Shown here piece after piece: positions 10,640 to 18,556 of a stretch of DNA of 64,000 bases. Numbering within the stretch: position 1 is the stretch's first letter; every line of letters begins with the position of its first letter. This stretch comes from a virus. Its lineage: Duplodnaviria; Heunggongvirae; Uroviricota; Caudoviricetes. The position numbers and the translations under genes were made by a program. The stretch covers positions 211,298-275,297 of the IMG/VR virus record IMGVR_UViG_3300033463_000001; one strand, written 5' to 3'. The notes under the pieces are model-generated. The model saw nothing but the letters and a program-made list of their open reading frames with translations. It did no database searches and was not told the origin of the DNA.

Positions 10640-11944
10640 ATGGATGTAACAAAAATACAAAAAGGTAATACAACGTACAATATTTCTGTACAAGGTGTTG
10701 CAACACAAGTAGAACGTGCTGAGGCTGCTGCAAATCAAGCTACAGTTGCTGCCGTTGCTGCTCAACAGGCCGTGACATCAACACACGAGCTTGTCGGTGG
10801 TGAATATGTTCCTAGCTTCGACGCTACAGTAACTTATCATGTTGGTAATTTAGTATTCCATCGTAATAACGACGATGGTCATGTGTTCAGGTGTATTGCA
10901 GAGAGAGCTCCAGGGCCTTGGGTTGGTTCAACGGATGCTTCTTTCGTTCAGACATCTTGCTACGGTGAGATAATGGATATGCGTGGCCACGATATAAATA
11001 TTGAGAGTGTAACTGTTAAACTAAAACCGGACATGGTTAAAGAGTCTCTTGGTGGAGCACCTGCGCTTTCTGGTATCACTGTATTCTTAAAAACAGGAGT
11101 CGGTGATGAAGGCTCGACTTATTCCGGAGTAACAGATGAGAATGCAGAATATACTTTCTCAAACATCCCTTGGGGAACTCAGTATACAATTTTCACAGAA
11201 ACTGAAGCCGTATCTGGTTATGCAGACCCACGGCCGAAGTCTGTTCAATCTGCGAACATGTACCACCGAAACGTAACGCTTTTCTATAGGTTGCAAATGA
11301 CGGGATGGTATGTGATTACAAAGAGTAGTGTTGAACACATTGATATCGCAGACTGGGATACATCAAACAACGACCAGGCAGAGTTACTTGGTTATCAAAA
11401 TAGTCAGTTTAGGTTTGCTATTAAGATTAAAGGACGCGCAACTCAACAGGGCGCATGGTCTAATCCAGGAAACGTAGAAATTAATATTCCGAGCTTATAC
11501 TATGCAAGTACTAACTCTGCCACGTTCATGACAGATGCCTACCTTGCAGATGTTGAGTATCCGGCAGGTGGTGAAGTTTATAGCCGTCTCGCTTTCAACA
11601 CAAAGGCGATTCTTGATAATAAAGGTACACAAGGTGTTCAAGCTGCTACGTTCTGCCATAACGCTACAGTAGAAATCGGAGGTGAAACATATCATGGATG
11701 CTTGCCGCTGCTTGCTATGCTCAACCTGTTTACTAATGGTAGTGCGGAGCGTACTGAGTTCTATAACACCATGAACGAATACCTGACGTGGCTTGGTGGT
11801 ACGCCACTGTTTCTTCGCAGTGGCACCTGGTGGTCCAGCGAGCAGTACAATAACGAGCAAGCTTGGTACATCTACCATGGTAGTCTGAGCAACCACAACA
11901 AGACTAACACGAACAACGTTGCGGTGCCGTTTTACGACCTTTAA
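10640..11944 (+). CDS. DGR target protein 1 (putative receptor-binding protein) with C-terminal variable region
   Basis: 434 aa. The last ~42 codons (...TWWSSEQYNNEQAWYIYHGSLSNHNKTNTNNVAVPFYDL) match TR1 except at TR adenines. N-terminus is paralogous to the other two targets. Confidence 0.8.
   Translation: MDVTKIQKGNTTYNISVQGVATQVERAEAAANQATVAAVAAQQAVTSTHELVGGEYVPSFDATVTYHVGNLVFHRNNDDGHVFRCIAERAPGPWVGSTDASFVQTSCYGEIMDMRGHDINIESVTVKLKPDMVKESLGGAPALSGITVFLKTGVGDEGSTYSGVTDENAEYTFSNIPWGTQYTIFTETEAVSGYADPRPKSVQSANMYHRNVTLFYRLQMTGWYVITKSSVEHIDIADWDTSNNDQAELLGYQNSQFRFAIKIKGRATQQGAWSNPGNVEINIPSLYYASTNSATFMTDAYLADVEYPAGGEVYSRLAFNTKAILDNKGTQGVQAATFCHNATVEIGGETYHGCLPLLAMLNLFTNGSAERTEFYNTMNEYLTWLGGTPLFLRSGTWWSSEQYNNEQAWYIYHGSLSNHNKTNTNNVAVPFYDL
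11818..11943 (+). repeat. DGR variable region VR1
   Basis: ~126 nt nearly identical to 12513-12638. There are 6 mismatches, all A in the TR copy (A->C,G,T,C,G,C in VR), plus one G/C at the extreme 3' end. Confidence 0.85.
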
Positions 11945-11979
11945 TTTTTAGTTTAAAGCTGCTTGCAAGGCATATTGTA

Positions 11980-12450
11980 ATGCCGCCGCACAGCTATACA
12001 AAGAAATACAAAAAAAGACAATTCATAAAAACATCACACGCAGTGGCGCGGATAACTAAAGTTCAGATTTTTAACTCCGTTCTTGGCCTATTAAAGTACC
12101 TAGAACGTACAAAAGACCAGTTTCCGAAAGGCGCAGGACGCGAATATAAGGAACGGATATCACATATCGTGCTATACGAGCTGATTCCGTTTTTGAAAGA
12201 CGCGTACGAAAGCAAAGGAGACCAGAAACGGAGGTTGGATGCCCTGAAGTCGTTTAAGAACAGTTTGGATATTCTGAGCTATGTTTTGAAACTATGTTCG
12301 GATTTCCACTGGATTTCAGTTACACACATGGCGAAAATATCTCTTATGATAGATGATATTGAAACACAATGTAATAGCTGGATTAAACGAACGAAGGCAT
12401 CCGGGTCAGAGTCCGAAGACTTACTGGTCGACGGAGAGTGCCCTAAATAA
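11980..12450 (+). CDS. avd: accessory variability determinant-like small basic helical protein
   Basis: 156 aa ORF between target and TR/RT, the canonical Avd position. Basic and helix-rich, with an FPKGAGREYKERI segment resembling four-helix-bundle Avd family proteins. Confidence 0.55.
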   Translation: MPPHSYTKKYKKRQFIKTSHAVARITKVQIFNSVLGLLKYLERTKDQFPKGAGREYKERISHIVLYELIPFLKDAYESKGDQKRRLDALKSFKNSLDILSYVLKLCSDFHWISVTHMAKISLMIDDIETQCNSWIKRTKASGSESEDLLVDGECPK

Positions 12451-12512
12451 AGGTGGCAACATACTCACCCCCAGCAATGGAAGAGTTATATCGATAATTG
12501 TTGCAAAAACGA
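12451..12512 (+). other. conserved TR leader element (copy 1)
   Basis: AGGTGGCAACATACTCACCCCCAGCAATGG...AGTTATATCGATA immediately 5' of TR1. Homologous leaders precede TR3 (16988-17059) and TR2 (20588-20651). Confidence 0.5.
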
Positions 12513-12638
12513 CAGTGGCAACTGGTGGTCCAGCGAGCAGTACAATAACGAACAAGCTTGGTACATCAACAATGGTAGTCTGAACAACAACAACAAGACT
12601 AACACGAACAACGTTGCGGTGCCGTTTTACGAGCTTTA
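12513..12638 (+). repeat. DGR template region TR1
   Basis: Non-coding copy of VR1, rich in AAC (Asn) codons in the VR frame. It ends 3 nt before the RT start codon. Confidence 0.85.
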
Positions 12639-12641
12639 TTC

Positions 12642-13877
12642 ATGGAAAATAACGTAGTGGATATTGAAGAACTTTGGCTGGCAGAACAAGACTGTGCCAA
12701 GAGAAAAAGGAGTAGCACTGCGTGTGATGAATTTATGATAAACGAAGCCGCCAATGTGGCTAAGCTTTGGAAGGAACTAAACGACGGAACGTATGAGATA
12801 GGTTATAGCACAGCGTTTGTTGTAACAAGGCCTAAATTGCGAGAGGTGTTTGCGGCTGATTTTAGGGATAGGATTGCGCACCACTATATAATCAATAGGA
12901 CAATAAACCTGTTTGAAGCCCACTTTATTGAAGACAGCTACAATTGTCGTAAAGGAAAGGGCACGACATACGCAATTAAACGCATAGACGAACAGATACG
13001 CCAGATTTCCAATAACTTCACAACTGATTGTTGGATTCTGAAGTGTGATATCAAGAATTTTTTTATGAGCATCAACAAGAATATCCTTTGGAGAATGCTC
13101 GAAAAGTTCTTGATTGAAAACTACCAAGGAGACGATAAAGCATTTGTAATTAGCCTGACAAAGCAGATTGTAATGCATCGTCCGGAATTGAAATGTATCA
13201 GGCACGGTACGAATGACTTATGGGATGCGCTTGACACAGGGAAAAGTCTGTTTAACAGTCTACCGTACAAAGGTCTTGCAATAGGCAACCTGACCAGTCA
13301 GATATTTGCAAACTTCTACCTCTCGTATTTCGATAAGTGGATAATCAGCAAACCAGGACTTGGGTACGGAAGATATGTGGACGACTTCATCGTATTAGCA
13401 AAGACAAAAGAGGAGTTGTTATCTCTAATACACGAAATTAGAGCATACCTCAAGGATAATCTTGAACTCCAACTACACCCGAAGAAGTTCTACCTGCAGC
13501 ACTACACGAAGGGTGTGAAGTTCACAGGGTACGTCTGGAAGATGAATCGCATCTACACAAGCAACCGGACTGTAAACAATGCTATTATGATGGTTAGAGA
13601 ATGGAACATGCATCCAGGATTGCCTGGTATAGAGCGATACATACAGAGATATAACTCATTTATGGGTTTCTTGCTATACACGTGTTCGTATAATATACGC
13701 AAGCGAATATGGGAGATGCTTGATGCAAAAATAAAGGAATTGATATATATTGATAAAGATTACAAAGCCGTCCATATCAAGGACAGATTCAACCGAATAA
13801 ACCTAAGAGCAAATGCAATACGGAATCATAAACATAGAAAGCGAAAACTTCGCTCAGTCAAAAAAAATAGCCGATAA
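12642..13877 (+). CDS. DGR-type reverse transcriptase 1
   Basis: 411 aa; RT motifs including IGNLTSQIFANFYL (DGR-specific I/LGxxxSQ instead of QGxxxSP) and YGRYVDDFIV (YxDD catalytic box). Confidence 0.9.
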   Translation: MENNVVDIEELWLAEQDCAKRKRSSTACDEFMINEAANVAKLWKELNDGTYEIGYSTAFVVTRPKLREVFAADFRDRIAHHYIINRTINLFEAHFIEDSYNCRKGKGTTYAIKRIDEQIRQISNNFTTDCWILKCDIKNFFMSINKNILWRMLEKFLIENYQGDDKAFVISLTKQIVMHRPELKCIRHGTNDLWDALDTGKSLFNSLPYKGLAIGNLTSQIFANFYLSYFDKWIISKPGLGYGRYVDDFIVLAKTKEELLSLIHEIRAYLKDNLELQLHPKKFYLQHYTKGVKFTGYVWKMNRIYTSNRTVNNAIMMVREWNMHPGLPGIERYIQRYNSFMGFLLYTCSYNIRKRIWEMLDAKIKELIYIDKDYKAVHIKDRFNRINLRANAIRNHKHRKRKLRSVKKNSR

Positions 13878-14376
13878 CCTATATTTTATCCGCGTAAAAT
13901 TAGGCGAAGACGGTAGTGGTTTTACACAAGCAATTGAGGCCGTCGTAACGCACGAACCAACAGAAGAAGATTTTGCCGGCTTACTGAATAGCTATACCGA
14001 TGGTGTTAAGCGTCATAAGATTGACGACGTGGATACATACGATAAGTCAGATAATGTGAACGGTTTCATTATAAATGGCGAGCATGCTTGGTTTGATAAG
14101 ACGACGCGCATGGGAATTATCAATTTGTTAGAATGTCAACAAAAGACCGGTGAGACATTCACAACTATAGACATCAACGATAAGCTATATGAACTAACAA
14201 TCAGTAGAGGGCTTGAGATGATGCAACAATTGGAGGTGTACGCCGGACAGTGTTTCTTGCGCACGGCGATACACAAGAAGAATATACAAGCACTTGATTC
14301 CGTTAGTGACATTGTAGCATATGACATAACGGATGGCTATCCGGAGCAACTGGAGTTCACACTGGCAGCACTCTAA
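13813..14376 (+). CDS. DGR-module-associated ~187 aa protein, paralog family (copy 1 of 3)
   Basis: Shares NxFxINGxxAWxDKxTRxGxxNLL...LEVYAGQC...TxGYPExLEF with 17302..17868 and 21941..22501, each located at the 3' end of a module. Overlaps the RT 3' end by 65 nt in another frame. Confidence 0.55.
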   Translation: MQYGIINIESENFAQSKKIADNLYFIRVKLGEDGSGFTQAIEAVVTHEPTEEDFAGLLNSYTDGVKRHKIDDVDTYDKSDNVNGFIINGEHAWFDKTTRMGIINLLECQQKTGETFTTIDINDKLYELTISRGLEMMQQLEVYAGQCFLRTAIHKKNIQALDSVSDIVAYDITDGYPEQLEFTLAAL

Positions 14377-14390
14377 CTGACTGGATTTGG

Positions 14391-14424
14391 GCGAGAACAC
14401 GATGCGTTGTTCTCGCTTTCTTTG
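14391..14424. terminator. Rho-independent terminator
   Basis: GCGAGAACA-cgatgcg-TGTTCTCGC hairpin followed by TTTCTTTG. Confidence 0.6.
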
Positions 14425-14455
14425 TCTATGTCCGTGGACAAACGCAGCAATTTGA

Positions 14456-14464
14456 TATTTATTG
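14456..14464 (+). promoter_or_regulatory. TATTTATTG motif (copy 2)
   Basis: GATATTTATTGTTAG, 19 nt upstream of ATG 14483. Confidence 0.4.
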
Positions 14465-14482
14465 TTAGATGTAGATACAATT

Positions 14483-15277
14483 ATGACAATAACAGAGTTA
14501 TTTAGAAAAGCAATCATGAGTCTCTCCGGGATTTCTCAAGTCCTCAAAGAGCTCTATAACTGGTCACACGAGAGTGTTGCCACAAAGGAGTCTGTTCAAC
14601 AGGAGCTTACCAACAAGGCCACCAAGCAGAATGTGACGGATGCACAATCCGCTATTATTGGTGCAATCAACAGCAAACCTGTTACACCGGCTACTGACCT
14701 AACACCGGTTACACAGGTCTTGGGTAGCTATAACTCCAGCAAAGGTACTATTCAAGACCAAATCGGCAATATTGTATTCGATAAGAATGGACTCGCTACT
14801 GATGCGCAGGCTAATGAAATTATCGGAGATGTCAGTGGGCTACCTGGTGAGTTGAATGCCGTTTTGGAAAGTGTTTCTGGTATTACCGGATATGCTTACC
14901 AAGGAAGTGGGTCTTCAGAGGATGTTAATCTCACAGTAGTAGACAATAAGATTGGTGACGTACAGGAGGTAATCGACACAATTAACGGCGGAACGATGGA
15001 TATTAATATTCCATCGGATTACGTTCGCGACACAACGGTTACAAGTGCCAAAACTGAGATTCTTAGCGCTATTACTGCTGTTAGTGGCTCGGTTGGTGTT
15101 GACAATAGCGGCGTGACTGTACACGAAAAAGTTGATACAATAGAAGCAATGGTGCGATACCTGTTCAATGGGTGTAGCATTGTAGAGAATAGTGACGATG
15201 TCGGAACAGGAAATCAAGGATATACAGTAATACTTGACCAGACAGCATCGATTAACGACGGAATACTTACATTATAA
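14483..15277 (+). CDS. fibre-like module protein, paralog family (copy 2 of 3)
   Basis: ORF track begins at TTG 14462; first ATG is 14483 (MTITELFRK). Strong identity to 9915..10631 over FDKNGLATDAQANEIIGDVSGLPGEL...VHEKVD. Confidence 0.6.
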   Translation: MTITELFRKAIMSLSGISQVLKELYNWSHESVATKESVQQELTNKATKQNVTDAQSAIIGAINSKPVTPATDLTPVTQVLGSYNSSKGTIQDQIGNIVFDKNGLATDAQANEIIGDVSGLPGELNAVLESVSGITGYAYQGSGSSEDVNLTVVDNKIGDVQEVIDTINGGTMDINIPSDYVRDTTVTSAKTEILSAITAVSGSVGVDNSGVTVHEKVDTIEAMVRYLFNGCSIVENSDDVGTGNQGYTVILDQTASINDGILTL

Positions 15278-15278
15278 C

Positions 15279-16841
15279 ATGAGCGCGAATAAAATTACAA
15301 AATTTCAGAAGGGTAACGTTATATACGACCTGTTTGCTCCCGGATTGGATGAAGCAGTAGCAAGTGCTGCTACCGCACAGAATAACGCCGAGTATGCTGC
15401 CAACACGGCTTCGTACGCTGCGGCTATGACATACCATATGCTTGGACTTGAGAATGTTCCTTTGTGGAACCAGTCCGATGCCTATGCAAAGAATGACATT
15501 GTTCGTAAGACGGTTGTTTCTGGGGGCGTGTCCAGTGACCATATCTTCCGTGCCAACAACGAAATTGCTGCAGGAACGGCGTGGAATGATGACCTATGGA
15601 CGGATACATCTGTGTGGGGTGAGATTCAAAACATGAAGGTTGGTGCTTTGTCTGTTGAGACGGTGCGTGTTACAGGATATATGTTCCAGGATGGCTCACT
15701 TATACCGGTTCCGGAAGGAGAGGCATTGAATGTTGTCTATAACGAGACCAACCACTTTTATTCCTTTAAGGCAGGCCTATGTGAGTTCTCAGTACCGCGT
15801 GGTACGGAATATGGCATCATTTATAGCCCGATTAATGGTTACAATACTCCGTCTGCTGCCTACTATAACGCTAATATGTCAACGCGTAGTATCACAGCTA
15901 CATATCACTATCGTCAAAGTGGTTGGTTTGGTGTTAAGACTGTAACTACAACGGTTAACAACACATCAAGTGTAAGCATCGAAGAAGTTCCAATGTCAGA
16001 GTGGAACCAGGCTGATAATGATGCATCAATAGGTATTAAGTTCTACGGACCTCTTGGTCACTACTTCCTGCCGAAAAACTGGAAAGACTATAGAACAACA
16101 GGTGTTCAATTCTCTTCTCTAAATATTGAGTTCTCTACCACTACTGCGGCAAACATGGAAGCATTGGTTATTGACCGGTATTTCCGCATTGGAACAGAGC
16201 TAACCTATCAAAAGAGTGGTGGTGTTGCAACGTGCATCATTACAAAGGCACAGGCAGACACTTGGTATCAAGGCAACGACGTTACCGATACCGACGGTGA
16301 CTTAATTGTCAGCGGACTTTCTTCTGAGGATAAAACAGCGTATCAAGCAGTTATCACGGCTCGTTATGACTATGGATTGAGTCCTGCGGTTGGTGGACAT
16401 ACGTTAAGTTCTAACAATGCAACACTGACGAATGACTGGGATGCCTTTGATGCAACGCAACAACTTGTTGAGATGTGGCAGGCATTTGCCAGCTTTAACC
16501 TTCAATCATTAACTGCGTGCGCTGCAGTGTGGGCACGTGGTAAATCGCTAACCATTGGAGAGTCAACGTATTACGGAAACTTACCTACTGCCGGTATGGT
16601 TCTCAGCCTTAGTGGAAACAGAAGCCAAATTCAACAGCATCTCAAGACAATCGGCGTCGACGCAGCCTATGCTGAAGCGTTTACCATCGGTACGGCGTCG
16701 TGGGGTTCCGGCAGCGCCGGTAACACCTGGTCGTCCTCACAGTTTAATGCTAGCATCGCGTGGTGCTTGAATACGTCTGGGGCGTTGCTCAGCCACAACA
16801 AGAGCTACAGTTACTCGGCGGTGGCCGTGTTCGACCTATAA
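15279..16841 (+). CDS. DGR target protein 3 with C-terminal variable region
   Basis: ATG at 15279 (MSANKITKFQKGN), directly after the upstream stop; N-terminus paralogous to 10640 (MDVTKIQKGN). The last ~43 codons match the orphan TR3 except at TR adenines. Confidence 0.8.
   Translation: MSANKITKFQKGNVIYDLFAPGLDEAVASAATAQNNAEYAANTASYAAAMTYHMLGLENVPLWNQSDAYAKNDIVRKTVVSGGVSSDHIFRANNEIAAGTAWNDDLWTDTSVWGEIQNMKVGALSVETVRVTGYMFQDGSLIPVPEGEALNVVYNETNHFYSFKAGLCEFSVPRGTEYGIIYSPINGYNTPSAAYYNANMSTRSITATYHYRQSGWFGVKTVTTTVNNTSSVSIEEVPMSEWNQADNDASIGIKFYGPLGHYFLPKNWKDYRTTGVQFSSLNIEFSTTTAANMEALVIDRYFRIGTELTYQKSGGVATCIITKAQADTWYQGNDVTDTDGDLIVSGLSSEDKTAYQAVITARYDYGLSPAVGGHTLSSNNATLTNDWDAFDATQQLVEMWQAFASFNLQSLTACAAVWARGKSLTIGESTYYGNLPTAGMVLSLSGNRSQIQQHLKTIGVDAAYAEAFTIGTASWGSGSAGNTWSSSQFNASIAWCLNTSGALLSHNKSYSYSAVAVFDL
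16709..16838 (+). repeat. DGR variable region VR3
   Basis: 130 nt versus 17060-17189 at a constant offset of 351 nt. About 20 mismatches, all at TR adenines, plus one terminal G/C. Confidence 0.85.
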
Positions 16842-16987
16842 ATTTAGGTTCGCAAGTTACAGCATTGGGTCATTGCAGACACAATGCGCTATATAATACA
16901 TAAGTGAACATTGACATATACAGCAAGAGGTTAAATTCTCGACGCAATGTAAGCCAGCATGCTGATACTTACGGGTTAGGCAGCGCG

Positions 16988-17059
16988 CATTAATCATAGG
17001 TGGCCTACCACTTTCCCCCTGCTTGCAGGATAAGTTATATCGATAGAGTAGGCGTATAA
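16988..17059 (+). other. conserved TR leader element (copy for orphan TR3)
   Basis: AGGTGGCCTACCACTTTCCCCCTGCTTGCAGG...AGTTATATCGATAGAG, homologous to the leader 5' of TR1. Confidence 0.5.
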
Positions 17060-17189
17060 CGGCAACGCCGGTAACACCTGGTCGTCCTCACAGTATAATG
17101 CTAACAACGCGTGGTACTTGAATACGTCTGGGGCGTTGAACAACAACAACAAGAACAACAGTTACTCGGCGGTGGCCGTGTTCGAGCTA
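17060..17189 (+). repeat. DGR template region TR3 (orphan: no adjacent avd or RT)
   Basis: Intergenic, AAC-rich (aacaacaacaacaagaacaac) copy of VR3. Confidence 0.8.
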
Positions 17190-17192
17190 GGA

Positions 17193-17204
17193 ATGAAATG
17201 CTAA
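17193..17204 (+). pseudogene. vestigial RT start (ATG AAA TGC TAA) at the position where RT genes begin after TR1 and TR2
   Basis: In modules 1 and 3 an RT ATG lies 3-5 nt after the TR end. Here an ATG at the same offset is followed by a stop after 3 codons. Confidence 0.4.
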
Positions 17205-17301
17205 TAGCAGATTTAATTACATTGGCGTGCCGGAGACGGCTCGTTTAGGAAGGTCGAGAATACCTCTTTGCTGTATTTATTGTAAGACAAAAACATGTTA
17301 T

Positions 17302-17868
17302 ATGGAATATATAATTGAGAGATATGCGTCGGACGATTTCCGTACGTCAGAAAAGATTGGAAATAGGTACATCATACGCACAAAAATTGAAGACTTGCCG
17401 GAAAGTGAGTCTGTTCGCTGCGTCGAAAGTATCATTGACCATAGTCCGGCACAAGCAGATTATGATGCACAGGTAGCAAGCTACATAGGAGATGTGCAAC
17501 AGGAGAAACTGTCATGCATACGGCGCTATGATGTGTCGGATAACGTCAATATCTTCTACATTGATGAGCACGCAACATGGCTTGACAAAGATACTCGCGT
17601 CGGTCTGGACAACCTCATTAAGAAACAAAAGGAGGCCGGTGCTACAGAAACGACCTTGTGGTTAGCTGGTGTCAGCTTTGTTATCGAGATTGACCATGCA
17701 ATAGACCTTCTCAGACAACTTGAGATTTACGCAGGTCAATGCTACAACAAGACAGAGGAACATAAGGCAGCAGTTCTTGCAACTACAACAATAGCTGGCG
17801 TTGAGAACTACGACTACACAACAGGTTATCCGGAGCCACTGCACTTTACGATTAGTAATAATGAATAA
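17302..17868 (+). CDS. DGR-module-associated ~188 aa protein, paralog (copy 2 of 3)
   Basis: ORF track starts at 17227. Paralog alignment and ATG 17302 (MEYIIERYASDDF) give 188 aa. Conserved NIFYIDEHATWLDKDTRVGLDNL...LEIYAGQCYN...TTGYPEPLHF. Confidence 0.55.
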   Translation: MEYIIERYASDDFRTSEKIGNRYIIRTKIEDLPESESVRCVESIIDHSPAQADYDAQVASYIGDVQQEKLSCIRRYDVSDNVNIFYIDEHATWLDKDTRVGLDNLIKKQKEAGATETTLWLAGVSFVIEIDHAIDLLRQLEIYAGQCYNKTEEHKAAVLATTTIAGVENYDYTTGYPEPLHFTISNNE

Positions 17869-17870
17869 CC

Positions 17871-18548
17871 ATGCCAGAGTCTATTAGCCAATTGTTTAAC
17901 AAGACCATACTCAGTCTAACAGGGATATCTACATTCCTGAGTAATATCTACGCCTGGCTTACAAGCAACGTTGCTACGAAGAGTGACGTTTCTACAGCCA
18001 CGCAGAATGGTGCTACAAAGACAGACCTTAGCACATCAACCAATACCATTGTAACTGCTATCACGAATAAGCCAGTGACACAGATTGGACCTATAATGGA
18101 TGTGCTGGGTGACTTCAATGCAGGTAATGGTACAATACAAGACCAGATTGCAGACCTTGGAACTGCTGTTGGGCAGATTGAGTTTGATAAGACCGGGTTG
18201 GCAACAGAGAGTGGAACAACGAGCGCCGTTACGGCAGCGGCCGGGAGTGTTATCAATGCGCTACCAAAAGACTACGCACAGAGAGGGGAGAATAGTGGTG
18301 CAACTAATAGTGCAATTCTAAACGCTTTGAGCGATGATAGTGGAAATACTGTTGTTGATATTCTTACCGACGAAACAAGTGGCCTATCAGCCATAAGTAA
18401 TGCAGTTTCAGGACTGCCTGAAGTAATGAAAAATATGTATGCGGCACACTTTGAACAAAACGAAGATGGTGAGGATACGTATACAATGGTAATGCCGTTA
18501 ACAGCCATAGTTAGTGAAACCGGCGAAGCAATCACAATAAACATTTAA
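17871..18548 (+). CDS. fibre-like module protein, paralog family (copy 3 of 3, diverged)
   Basis: 225 aa; retains the IQDQI...FDKTGLATE block and the same position in the module. Confidence 0.5.
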   Translation: MPESISQLFNKTILSLTGISTFLSNIYAWLTSNVATKSDVSTATQNGATKTDLSTSTNTIVTAITNKPVTQIGPIMDVLGDFNAGNGTIQDQIADLGTAVGQIEFDKTGLATESGTTSAVTAAAGSVINALPKDYAQRGENSGATNSAILNALSDDSGNTVVDILTDETSGLSAISNAVSGLPEVMKNMYAAHFEQNEDGEDTYTMVMPLTAIVSETGEAITINI

Positions 18549-18556
18549 TACAATAT

